In this document: piece by piece, positions 10,017 to 17,053 of the stretch
How the letters are laid out: each line of letters starts with the position of its first letter
Numbering within the stretch: the stretch's first letter is position 1
Assembly: GCA_038317055.1 (NCBI GenBank)
Contig: JBBQBA010000002.1
Coordinates: forward strand, 136,106 to 180,966
Direction of reading: 5' to 3'
Length of the DNA: 44,861 bases
DNA from: Candidatus Saccharimonadales bacterium
GTDB lineage: Bacteria; Patescibacteriota; Saccharimonadia; Saccharimonadales; DATKHC01
The notes under the pieces: generated by a model
Databases searched by the model: none
Told to the model about the DNA's origin: nothing
The model's input: only the letters and a program-made list of their open reading frames with translations
Program-made: the position numbers and the translations under genes

Positions 10017-10069
10017 TTCTATAAATTATACTATTTGTAATATTTATGCAAGAATCTACATTAGAGTTC

Positions 10070-10098
10070 TTGACTACTGTAGTTATATGGGGTAGTAT
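10070..10098 (+). promoter_or_regulatory. Candidate sigma70-type promoter for secE-nusG-rplKA
   Basis: TTGACT (10070-10075), 17-nt spacer, TAGTAT (10093-10098), about 55 nt upstream of the secE start. Confidence 0.4.
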
Positions 10099-10151
10099 TG
10101 ACATATTGATCTACCAATTATAGGTAGATTTATTTAATTCAGGAGTCATGT

Positions 10152-10526
10152 GTGGCGACGTCAGATAAAGAAAAGAATAAACCTCAAGTTCAGCCGGAAT
10201 CAGTAAGAGAACGAGCTGAAAGAGCAATTTCTGAAGCTTCTAAACCAAAAAAGAAGCAAGAACAATCTGAGACTACAAAGAAACCTGAAGTTAAATCAAA
10301 GCCAGACAAACCCAAAAAAGAAAAAAAAGAACGACTATTTCATATTGTTCCAAAATTTATTAGACAAGCATTTGTTGAAATAAAGTTAGTATCTTGGCCA
10401 AACGCCAGAACGACTTTTAAACTAACAACAGCTGTAATAATTTTTGCGACAGTATTTGCAATATTAGTAAGTTTAGTCGACTTCGGATTCGGCAAAATAT
10501 TTAAGAAGGTATTTTTACATGGTTGA
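10152..10526 (+). CDS. secE: Preprotein translocase subunit SecE with a Lys-rich N-terminal extension
   Basis: GTG start 7 nt after AGGAG. C-terminal FIRQAFVEIKLVSWPNARTT plus a single TM helix is the SecE signature. Lies directly upstream of nusG. Confidence 0.8.
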   Translation: MATSDKEKNKPQVQPESVRERAERAISEASKPKKKQEQSETTKKPEVKSKPDKPKKEKKERLFHIVPKFIRQAFVEIKLVSWPNARTTFKLTTAVIIFATVFAILVSLVDFGFGKIFKKVFLHG

Positions 10527-11061
10527 TAGATATAACACCACCAGATTATGGTACGCAATTCACACTTATAGCGGTTATGAAGAAAAAGTTGCCGAAAGTA
10601 TCAGACAAAGAGCTGATAGTTTAGACATGAAAGATAAGATATTTCAGGTCCTTGTACCTAAAGAAAAAATGATCGAAGTTAAGAACGGTAAGCGGAAAGT
10701 TGTTGAAAAGCGAATCTTTCAAGGTTACGTATTAGTACAAATGAAAATGAGCGAGGATGCTTGGTATATCGTAAGAAATACACCTAGTGTAACTGGTTTC
10801 GTTGGTAGTGGTACAGAACCTACACCGATCGAGACAGATGAGATTGAAAAAATCATGAAGAGAATGGGCCGAGAAGAGCCTAAACATAAGATTGATTATA
10901 GAATTGGTGAAGTAGTTGGAATTACCGATGGCCCATTCAAAGGATTTGATGGGGCAATTAATGAAATTGATCCTACCAAAGGTAAACTCAAAGTATTAGT
11001 TAATATGTTCGGACGAGAAACTCCTGTTGAGCTTGATAGTCTACAAGTAAAGAGAATGTAA
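10519..11061 (+). CDS. nusG: Transcription termination/antitermination factor NusG
   Basis: WYAIHTYSGYEEKV N-terminus (NGN domain) and a C-terminal KOW (GEVVGITDGPFKGFDG). Confidence 0.9.
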   Translation: MVDRYNTTRLWYAIHTYSGYEEKVAESIRQRADSLDMKDKIFQVLVPKEKMIEVKNGKRKVVEKRIFQGYVLVQMKMSEDAWYIVRNTPSVTGFVGSGTEPTPIETDEIEKIMKRMGREEPKHKIDYRIGEVVGITDGPFKGFDGAINEIDPTKGKLKVLVNMFGRETPVELDSLQVKRM

Positions 11062-11072
11062 GGGAGTATTTT

Positions 11073-11498
11073 ATGGCAAAAGTAGTAAAAGCTAATCTTA
11101 AAATGAAGATTAAAGGTGGTCAGGCAAGTGCAGCGCCTCCAGTTGGTAGTATTTTGGGACAATATGGAGTAAACATGATGGACTTCATTAATCCTTTTAA
11201 TACTAAAACTAAAGATCAAATGGGACAAAACCTAACAGTTCACATTACGGTATATGAAGATCGTACTATGGACTGGCGAGTTGTTGGGGTTCCAACTGAT
11301 GATTTAATTCGAAAAGAATTAAATATTGATAAAGGATCCGGCCGACCTAATAGTGAGAAAATTGCTAAAAAATTAAATCATTCACAGTTAACCAATATTG
11401 CTACAACTAAAGCTGGTGATATGAACACTGATGATATTGAATCTGTAAAGAAAATGGTAGCTGGTACTGCTCGCAGTATGGGCGTTGAAATAGAATAA
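11073..11498 (+). CDS. rplK: 50S ribosomal protein L11
   Basis: 141 aa with GGQASAAPPVGSILGQYGVNMMDF, the canonical L11 motif. Confidence 0.95.
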   Translation: MAKVVKANLKMKIKGGQASAAPPVGSILGQYGVNMMDFINPFNTKTKDQMGQNLTVHITVYEDRTMDWRVVGVPTDDLIRKELNIDKGSGRPNSEKIAKKLNHSQLTNIATTKAGDMNTDDIESVKKMVAGTARSMGVEIE

Positions 11499-11552
11499 TT
11501 AAATAATTTGTGGGAGGTTTAAAAAACCGAATGCACCACGAAAGGAACTATA

Positions 11553-12530
11553 ATGGCAGAATCTAAAGCAAAAGTTAAGACAGAGTCAAAGACTAAAAAA
11601 ACAAAAGTAGAGAAGATTGAAGATCCAAAAGTAATAGTTGAGACTCCAGCTGAGGCTATCGAAGAGATAGAGGTTGAAAACACAGATTCTGATGAAGAAA
11701 AACTTGCTAAATCTGGAAAACGTAGTGCTAAAGCGGTAAAAGAAACCGAAGAGAAAGAAGCTAAAGAGGAACGTAAGAAATCCAAAGATACAGACGAAGA
11801 GGCGCAAAAACCTAAAATTATACAGAAACCATCCAGATCAATTTTGGAGCGAAAGGGCAAGAAATATCAAGAAGCTTCAAAGCAGATAGAAAAAGATAAA
11901 TTCTATAGTTTAAGCGATGCACTCAGTTTAGCGGTTAAAACAAGCACATCTAAGTTTGATTCGACAGTAGAACTACACGTTAGGCTTGGAGTAGATCCCA
12001 GACAAGCCGATCAGAACATTAGAGATAATGTAACTCTTCCTTCAGGAAGCGGTAAGTCATTAAAGGTAGCTGTTTATGGTGAAGAAGATGCTGTTACTGC
12101 CGCTAAAAAAGCTGGCGCTGAGATAGCACTAGGCGATGAAATGTTACAACAATTAGAAAAAGGAATTATGGATTTTGATATTCTTATCACCACCCCTTCA
12201 CAAATGCAGAAACTAAGTAAGTATGCTCGTGTACTGGGTCCTAAAGGATTAATGCCTAACCCTAAAAATGGCTCAGTTACTACCGACATCGCTAAGGCTG
12301 TAAATGAAGCAAAAGCCGGTAAGGTTGAGTATCGTATCGATAGCACAGGTATTATTCATCTCGGAATTGGCAAAGTGAGTTTCGGTCAAACAAAACTTCA
12401 AGCGAATGCTGAGACTGTACTCGCTAGTATTAAAGCAAATAAACCTTCAAGTCTTAAGGGTAACTATGTAGTTTCTGTTTACGCTACAACTAGCATGGGC
12501 CCTTCTATTCAAATTGACCGTAATATATAA
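11553..12530 (+). CDS. rplA: 50S ribosomal protein L1 with a roughly 95-aa Lys/Glu-rich N-terminal extension
   Basis: From about residue 100 (KKYQEASKQIEKDKFYSL...VELHVRLGVDPRQADQNIR...LGPKGLMPNPK) the protein is canonical L1. Residues 1-95 are low-complexity K/E-rich. Confidence 0.9.
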   Translation: MAESKAKVKTESKTKKTKVEKIEDPKVIVETPAEAIEEIEVENTDSDEEKLAKSGKRSAKAVKETEEKEAKEERKKSKDTDEEAQKPKIIQKPSRSILERKGKKYQEASKQIEKDKFYSLSDALSLAVKTSTSKFDSTVELHVRLGVDPRQADQNIRDNVTLPSGSGKSLKVAVYGEEDAVTAAKKAGAEIALGDEMLQQLEKGIMDFDILITTPSQMQKLSKYARVLGPKGLMPNPKNGSVTTDIAKAVNEAKAGKVEYRIDSTGIIHLGIGKVSFGQTKLQANAETVLASIKANKPSSLKGNYVVSVYATTSMGPSIQIDRNI

Positions 12531-12540
12531 AAAATTATTA

Positions 12541-12569
12541 GTTCGAATCCCACAACTCCAGCCATAAGC
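12541..12569 (+). repeat. Array repeat R1; a tRNA 3'-fragment (G53 to CCA) with no 5' part
   Basis: GTTCGAATCCCACAACTCCAGCCATAAGC. This parses as T-loop TTCGAAT, 5-nt T-stem strand CCCAC, 7-nt acceptor strand AACTCCA, G73, CCA. The upstream bases (ATTAG) cannot form the T stem. Starts 10 nt after the rplA stop. Confidence 0.8.
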
Positions 12570-12572
12570 ACT

Positions 12573-12600
12573 TTGGCAAATCGAATAATTAGTGTATAAA
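12573..12600 (+). promoter_or_regulatory. Candidate promoter of cassette 1
   Basis: TTGGCA, 16-nt spacer, TATAAA. The -35 lies in the tail of R1. ATG 12610 begins 10 nt after the -10. Confidence 0.4.
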
Positions 12601-12609
12601 TTGTCTTAT

Positions 12610-12807
12610 ATGAATAGATATAAAAGCTCATGGGAAGGAACTAATATTCCACCTGATGAAATGGATCCAGTAACTGTATCAATAGACGAAATTGAAAGAG
12701 GCCAAAGAGTTAACATAGAGGTTAGACACGAAGATGGAACGGTAAAAAACTTCCATATATATACAATACCTCTTCTTGAGACTATCGAACCCCCGTTGCC
12801 TCTTTAG
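12610..12807 (+). CDS. Small hypothetical protein (cassette 1)
   Basis: 65 aa from ATG 12610; the ORF track starts at GTG 12592 (71 aa). The C-terminal codons and the TAG stop lie inside degenerate repeat copy R1b. Confidence 0.4.
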   Translation: MNRYKSSWEGTNIPPDEMDPVTVSIDEIERGQRVNIEVRHEDGTVKNFHIYTIPLLETIEPPLPL

Positions 12808-12816
12808 ACCATAAGC
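12785..12816 (+). repeat. Degenerate array repeat (R1b)
   Basis: TCGAACCCCCGTTGCCTCTTTAGACCATAAGC shares TCGAA-CCC, CTTTAG and CCATAAGC with R1 and R9. Confidence 0.35.
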
Positions 12817-12840
12817 GGGTAAATAGCTTCCATTTAGACA

Positions 12841-12877
12841 GTTCTGAACTCGGACTCTAGCCCCAGCCAAGCATAAG
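12841..12877 (+). repeat. Array repeat R2
   Basis: GTTCTGAACTCGGACTCTAGCCCCAGCCAAGCATAAG. Contains the 10-mer CCCAGCCAAG, identical to tRNA-Gln 39366-39375. Confidence 0.8.
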
Positions 12878-12884
12878 TATAATG

Positions 12885-12910
12885 AAAGACTTTTTCGGAA
12901 GTCTTTTTTT
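12885..12910 (+). terminator. Rho-independent terminator
   Basis: AAAGACTT / loop TTCGG-type / AAGTCTTT 8-bp perfect stem followed by a T-run (12907-12910). Lies downstream of R2, so R2 would be transcribed in the 3' UTR. Confidence 0.6.
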
Positions 12911-12916
12911 AAAGAT

Positions 12917-12925
12917 TGCTATACT
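12917..12925 (+). promoter_or_regulatory. Extended -10 promoter of cassette 2 (leaderless geometry)
   Basis: TGcTATACT. ATG 12932 begins exactly 7 nt after the last -10 base. No SD. Confidence 0.45.
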
Positions 12926-12931
12926 TTTTAT

Positions 12932-13531
12932 ATGAGTAAAGTAACATGTGGTATAGCGATGTCCTTGGACGGTTTTGTTGCAGGTAATAATTTGACTTTA
13001 GAAAATCCGTTCGGTGATATAAAACCAGAAATACTCATGAAGTGGATGTTCGATGAGCCCGAGAAGCATAAGAAAGAGATTGAATCGCTGACTACTGCGG
13101 GTGCATTTATTATGGGAAGTAACATGTTTGGACCCGAGGACATCCGTATGACTGATGCCTGGAAAGGCTGGTGGGGTGATAATCCACCATACCATGCCCC
13201 AGTATTTGTTTTATCACACACGAAAAGAGACCCAATAGTTATGGATGGCGGCACAACCTTTACTTTTGTAACTGATGGTATCGAATCAGCATTGAAACTC
13301 GCACGATCCGCAGCTGGAACAAAAGATGTGGATATTGCAGGCGGTGCCAATACTATTAATCAGTATCTTAGAGCTGGGCATATAGATGAATTGTGGCTAC
13401 ACATTGTTCCCGTGACTATCGGCCATGGCCAACGACTTTTTTCGGATATGCCAGACATTCATTTTAAACCACTGGAAGTACGAACGACCGATTTAGTGAC
13501 ACATATCAAATACACTATTGTTCGTACCTAA
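12932..13531 (+). CDS. RibD C-terminal domain / dihydrofolate-reductase-family protein (cassette 2)
   Basis: 199 aa. MSKVTCGIAMSLDGFVAG..., GSNMFGP and DIAGGANTINQYLRAGHIDELWLHIVPV are typical of the RibD_C (YwjB/YyaP-like) family. Confidence 0.8.
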   Translation: MSKVTCGIAMSLDGFVAGNNLTLENPFGDIKPEILMKWMFDEPEKHKKEIESLTTAGAFIMGSNMFGPEDIRMTDAWKGWWGDNPPYHAPVFVLSHTKRDPIVMDGGTTFTFVTDGIESALKLARSAAGTKDVDIAGGANTINQYLRAGHIDELWLHIVPVTIGHGQRLFSDMPDIHFKPLEVRTTDLVTHIKYTIVRT

Positions 13532-13545
13532 AATACCTGATTGTA

Positions 13546-13586
13546 GTTCTGAGATCCGACTCCAGCCCTTGCCAAACTATATAGGA
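13546..13586 (+). repeat. Array repeat R3 (the copy most like tRNA-Gln plus its flank)
   Basis: GTTCTGAGATCCGACTCCAGCCCTTGCCAAACTATATAGGA. The head matches the tRNA-Gln T-loop region with two 1-nt insertions. The tail matches the flank after tRNA-Gln in 15 of 17 alignment columns (1 mismatch, 1 single-nt gap). Confidence 0.75.
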
Positions 13587-13637
13587 ATGCCCCTTTTTTA
13601 ATTGAAATTAAGGTGGGTGTTGATTGTATTTAAAGGC

Positions 13638-13673
13638 GTTTAACACTGAACATAATGTCCAGCCAAGCATTAG
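13638..13673 (+). repeat. Array repeat R4 (internally deleted copy)
   Basis: GTT-TAACA-CTGAAC...GTCCAGCCAAGCATTAG. Shares CTGAAC and CCAGCCAAGCAT-AG with R2. The unit between R3 and R4 has no ORF. Confidence 0.55.
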
Positions 13674-13713
13674 CACTATGACACTATTCTTGGAATCTTT
13701 TCGATCGGATTAT

Positions 13714-14061
13714 TTAGTGACGCCTTAGGTATTCAAGCAGGACTTGCGCGTGATTAACTGTTGGATCATGGGCCGCGTAGAGTAATGTGGTCGTGAGATG
13801 TTCTTTAAGGATACTCTTTAGCTGCGACACTACTGGGTTAATATCAAGCTCCAATTCATAACGAACTGTAAATTCAGCGAACCGCTCTGGCTTGTGGTCA
13901 AACCATGTTCGTAGGTCAGAAGAGGGTGCGATATCTTTGAGCCACAAGTCCAACAGCGCCTTTTCCTTACTAACTCCTCTTGGCCATAATCTATCAATCA
14001 GCACCCGATAGCCGTCAGCCTTCAAAGGTTTGTCGTAGATTCGTTTTATAGAAATAGCCAT
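13714..14061 (-). CDS. DUF488 (YeaO-like) protein (cassette 4, opposite strand)
   Basis: MAISIKRIYDKPLKADGYRVLIDRLWPRGVSKEKA...WLKDIAPSSDLRTWFDH closely parallels the E. coli YeaO architecture. The ORF-track start at 14103 adds 14 unlikely residues. TATTAT lies 9 nt upstream of ATG 14061. Confidence 0.8.
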   Translation of the reverse strand: MAISIKRIYDKPLKADGYRVLIDRLWPRGVSKEKALLDLWLKDIAPSSDLRTWFDHKPERFAEFTVRYELELDINPVVSQLKSILKEHLTTTLLYAAHDPTVNHAQVLLEYLRRH

Positions 14062-14161
14062 GTACTTTTTATAATACGCCGAATCAATCGTGTTTCTCAA
14101 CAATTAATCAAATAGTGGTACAATATTTGGTAACGGTAAAATACAAAAAGAACGTTTTTTT

Positions 14162-15575
14162 ATGACGGGAACACACCCTCTAGGCAAAGCAATAAAAGAC
14201 CTGATGATTAAAGATGTGCCTAGCTATGGTAACAAGCTTTTCTATTCTTTGGGCTTTTTGTCAATGATATCATTCTTAGTTCTCATAGTTACAGGTACAA
14301 TTATGGCAATGTACGGCCCGAATTGGTGGCTAACCAGCAGCTTTGGTACTTACTTGCGCAGCGTCCATTTATGGGCCACACAAGCCTTCGTATTGTTTAT
14401 ATTGCTCCATGTGCTAATAGTGTTCTTTACGTCCGGCTTTAAGAAACCACGTCGGCTCACGTGGGTTCTTGGTGTACTTATGTTGTTTATTGTGCTTGCG
14501 GAAACTGAGTTTGGGTATGTCCTTAGAGGCGACTTTTTCCTCGCAGTGGAGAGGTTTACAAGGAGCTGACTTCTATAATGGCAGCGGACTTGGCAAGTAC
14601 TTTAACCCCTTAAATTATAATCAGATATACGGCATACACATTGTTGTAATACCACTGTCTATAATTGGCTTACTCTTTTTACATTATTTGTTAGTCCGCG
14701 TGCTAGGCATTGCCAAGCCATATAGAAAAGACGTCCATGTTAAAACCGTATCCGCGAATCATAAAATCCTATTTATGCGTGGCGGCGTCCTTGTTGTTCT
14801 CATACTGGGATTAGCTGTAGTTCTGCCCTCCCCATACATAAAACCAACGACTATCCAATCGGTCGCTCTACAAGATCCGATACTATTTAGCAAAACGGTC
14901 GTTTCTGAGCTTGATCATTCCTCAGACACTGCTACATATGTCGACAACATTGCCCCTTATACTTACGACACGCGTTCAATTTACGTTACACAGCCGTACA
15001 CTCAGCTTTTACAAACCCGTGCCATAGTTGTTAATAATCTGTCACTATTCTTCACCGAACCACGAGCAATCCAAGATCAACAGATAAAAACTCTCTCCGA
15101 CTATTTAGCTAACGATAATGCCGACTTCGCCAAGCTACCTACTAGCCCTGTTTCATCAATTGCAAAATCCTTAACCATTATGGCGCAGGCTGGGTTATAC
15201 GAGTCATCACTAAATAGCAACAGCAGCGTGACCAAATTTAAAGATGGGACCACTTACTCTAGTCGCTTTTTATCAGACACGGGGGTGCTTGAAGACAAAG
15301 CCACAGCCCTAAATATTACGACGGATCAGTACGGTATGATAAGAGAGGAAAAAGGGCACACTCCCGGCGCCTGGTGGTTAGGTCCGATTGGCATACTAAA
15401 CCATACTGTTCTTAAGAATGATGATACTGGCGATCGGGATGGCGCCATAATTTTCGGCTCGTTATTGCTCACGATGTTAGCATTTCCGTTCATCCCTTAT
15501 GTTAACCAACTTCCTGACAAGCTCAAAGTATACAAGTTAATTTGGCATGAAAAAGGCGGTCGTTTAACGAAATAG
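14162..15575 (+). pseudogene. Cytochrome b N-terminal-domain-like membrane protein, interrupted by a 1-nt frameshift in a T5 run
   Basis: Frame 1 (14162-14569) has LRSVHLWATQAFVLFILLHVL (cytochrome b/b6-like His-containing helices) and ends 30 nt after TTTTT at 14534-14538. Frame +1 (to 15575) continues as ...SSQWRGLQGADFYNG. Skipping one T joins GYVLRGDF to SSQWRG. Confidence 0.65.
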
Positions 15576-15606
15576 TTCCTGGTCCATATACTCAGTCAGC
15601 GTAAGC
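15575..15606 (+). repeat. Degenerate array repeat (R5)
   Basis: GTTCCTGGTCCATATACTCAGTCAGCGTAAGC shares GTTC.., ..TC..., CAGC.TAAGC with the family. Starts on the G of the TAG stop. Confidence 0.35.
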
Positions 15607-15628
15607 TGTTTGGGATTTATATCCAGTC

Positions 15629-15637
15629 TGATAATAT
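15629..15637 (+). promoter_or_regulatory. Extended -10 promoter of cassette 5 (leaderless geometry)
   Basis: TGaTAATAT. ATG 15644 begins exactly 7 nt after the -10. Confidence 0.4.
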
Positions 15638-15643
15638 GATTCT

Positions 15644-15913
15644 ATGAAACAGAGTAAACTCATCCTATCTCTTATAACAATTGATGCAATTGTATTTATA
15701 TTTTCTTTATCCGCAACAATTAATAATATCCAGAGACTCGAAGGGTCTATTAATAACACTCCAGTATGCAACACCGCTGCAAATGGAGGACCCTGCTATC
15801 TAACTTCAAATTTATGGGCATACTTCACTATAATGATTCTTACTGCTGGGATTATGGGGCTGCTTGCCGCCCATCTTTATAAACGAGTTATAGATAAACC
15901 AGAACCGAAATAG
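15644..15913 (+). CDS. Small two-TM membrane protein (cassette 5)
   Basis: 89 aa with two hydrophobic helices (LILSLITIDAIVFIFSL and YFTIMILTAGIMGLLAAHL). Confidence 0.5.
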   Translation: MKQSKLILSLITIDAIVFIFSLSATINNIQRLEGSINNTPVCNTAANGGPCYLTSNLWAYFTIMILTAGIMGLLAAHLYKRVIDKPEPK

Positions 15914-15933
15914 AGTCATATTTGTCCTAAAAT

Positions 15934-15966
15934 GTTCGGAACTCGGACTGGATGATCAGCCATTAG
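15934..15966 (+). repeat. Array repeat R6
   Basis: GTTCGGAACTCGGACTGGATGATCAGCCATTAG. The first 16 nt are identical to R7. Confidence 0.8.
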
Positions 15967-15987
15967 TGGTTTAACTATTTAGTGGGT

Positions 15988-16016
15988 TTGATTTATCTTA
16001 AATTAAGTCGGATAAT
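15988..16016 (+). promoter_or_regulatory. Candidate promoter of cassette 6
   Basis: TTGATT, 17-nt spacer, GATAAT. An SD GGGGA at 16031-16035 precedes ATG 16041. Confidence 0.45.
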
Positions 16017-16040
16017 AGGTACATTAAATAGGGGAATGAC

Positions 16041-16886
16041 ATGCCGAACTTAGATATGGACAGAATGTTTGAGTCTATGACAGAGCCAACAGAATTGACT
16101 GCTGAAATTGATTTAATTGGGAAAGAAGGCCAAGGTGATTTTAGAGTATCTGAAATACATGGTGGAGTACTAAATTTTTCTGAAACTATCTTCAAAGGTG
16201 TGCCTTTAGATAGTGTATATGCTCAAGAGGGTCATAGGGAGGCACAAGGTAAAGGTCCACATTTTGATTTATCGGGCGATTTTCTAGATGAACAATACCC
16301 AATACTTGGTGTTTATAACTTGTCAGGTTTCTCGATTTTGAGATTAGCTACTATGCCTGATCAACTGGCTAAGGCTTATTTTGATACATATCCTGAGCTT
16401 AATGAGGCAGCTTACGAAGCGAGAAGGCAATTTGGAGCTATTGTATTGAATGCTCCAAATATTCAATCGTTTGAAGGCAATTTTACGCCAGGTATGGCAT
16501 TAGTGATACCTCAACTAAAGAACCATGAAGGTCCTCATGTAGTCCACGAGATTATTCCGACAGGTCATGGAAATACTTTCGGAAAATATGTAAAATTAGC
16601 AGTTCCCGACTATGAAAGTGATACTGCAGTGGAAATGTTAAAGAACGATGGCTTTATTCCATTGGATGAGCTAGTAACATCTCGTTTAACCGGAGAAGAC
16701 GAAGCCAATGACAGCATAGTTAGACCAGTGGTTGTACCGGGGGTGTCTGTTTCCGATAAAAATGGTGGAATAATAGATGCATTTACTGAAGGAAGATTGC
16801 CTGCTGACCCTACTCAACCTAATAGCAGAACTACAAGAATCCCACGCCCAACTGGAAGAGCGCGAAGATCAGGCTTAATAGATTGA
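16041..16886 (+). CDS. Hypothetical protein (cassette 6), possible HxD...H cupin/oxygenase-like
   Basis: 281-aa ORF. Motif order PHFD ... GFSILRL ... GPHVVHE parallels ORF 8786-9532. Pro/Arg-rich C-terminal tail. Confidence 0.6.
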   Translation: MPNLDMDRMFESMTEPTELTAEIDLIGKEGQGDFRVSEIHGGVLNFSETIFKGVPLDSVYAQEGHREAQGKGPHFDLSGDFLDEQYPILGVYNLSGFSILRLATMPDQLAKAYFDTYPELNEAAYEARRQFGAIVLNAPNIQSFEGNFTPGMALVIPQLKNHEGPHVVHEIIPTGHGNTFGKYVKLAVPDYESDTAVEMLKNDGFIPLDELVTSRLTGEDEANDSIVRPVVVPGVSVSDKNGGIIDAFTEGRLPADPTQPNSRTTRIPRPTGRARRSGLID

Positions 16887-16948
16887 TCAAGTTTATAATT
16901 GGTTAATGTGTTAACTGTTAGGAAAATGTAATATCTGACACCTTAATT

Positions 16949-16982
16949 GTTCGGAACTCGGACTATAGCTCCAGCCATAAAC
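16949..16982 (+). repeat. Array repeat R7 (closest to consensus)
   Basis: GTTCGGAACTCGGACTATAGCTCCAGCCATAAAC. The tail GCCATAAACATTTTGAC parallels the R1 tail GCCATAAGCACTTTGGC. Confidence 0.85.
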
Positions 16983-17038
16983 ATTTTGACCTCAATCAAC
17001 TTTTATGTCGTAAAGTTTAAGTTTTAGTTACTTACGGG

Positions 17039-17047
17039 TGATATAAT
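17039..17047 (+). promoter_or_regulatory. Extended -10 promoter of cassette 7 (leaderless geometry)
   Basis: TGaTATAAT (perfect TGnTATAAT). ATG 17054 begins exactly 7 nt after the -10. Confidence 0.5.
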
Positions 17048-17053
17048 TAGATA

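Noticed and set aside
1920-10151. Genomic island integrated at tRNA-Trp
   Set aside because: I found no direct repeat of the tRNA-Trp 3' end (GGTTCGATCCCTGTCTCCCCTGCCA) between 1920 and secE, and no integrase. The interval contains housekeeping thyA/folA. It is recorded only as a synteny break.
10290-10335. Programmed frameshift site at the A-rich run in secE (CCCAAAAAAGAAAAAAAAGAA)
   Set aside because: The run simply encodes the KKEKKE part of the Lys-rich extension, and the SecE frame stays open and correct through it.
11519-11860. 113-aa and 73-aa ORFs antisense to the rplA 5' region
   Set aside because: They are artefacts of the low-complexity Lys/Glu-coding region, since GAA/AAA repeats read as Phe/Ser-rich on the other strand. 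rplA is strongly supported.
12541-12600. Complete tRNA gene after rplA
   Set aside because: Only the G53-to-CCA segment is present. The sequence upstream (rplA stop plus AAAAATTATTA) cannot supply the D arm, anticodon arm or 5' acceptor strand on either strand.
12928-13350. 140-aa and 65-aa ORFs antisense to the RibD_C-family gene
   Set aside because: The plus-strand product has clear family motifs, while the antisense ORFs have none and lack SD or promoter signals.
14162-15575. Two separate overlapping genes (14162-14569 and 14469-15575)
   Set aside because: The second ORF's first roughly 20 codons overlap the first ORF out of frame. The cytochrome-b-like helix pattern continues across the T5 run when one base is skipped, so a single frameshifted gene explains both.
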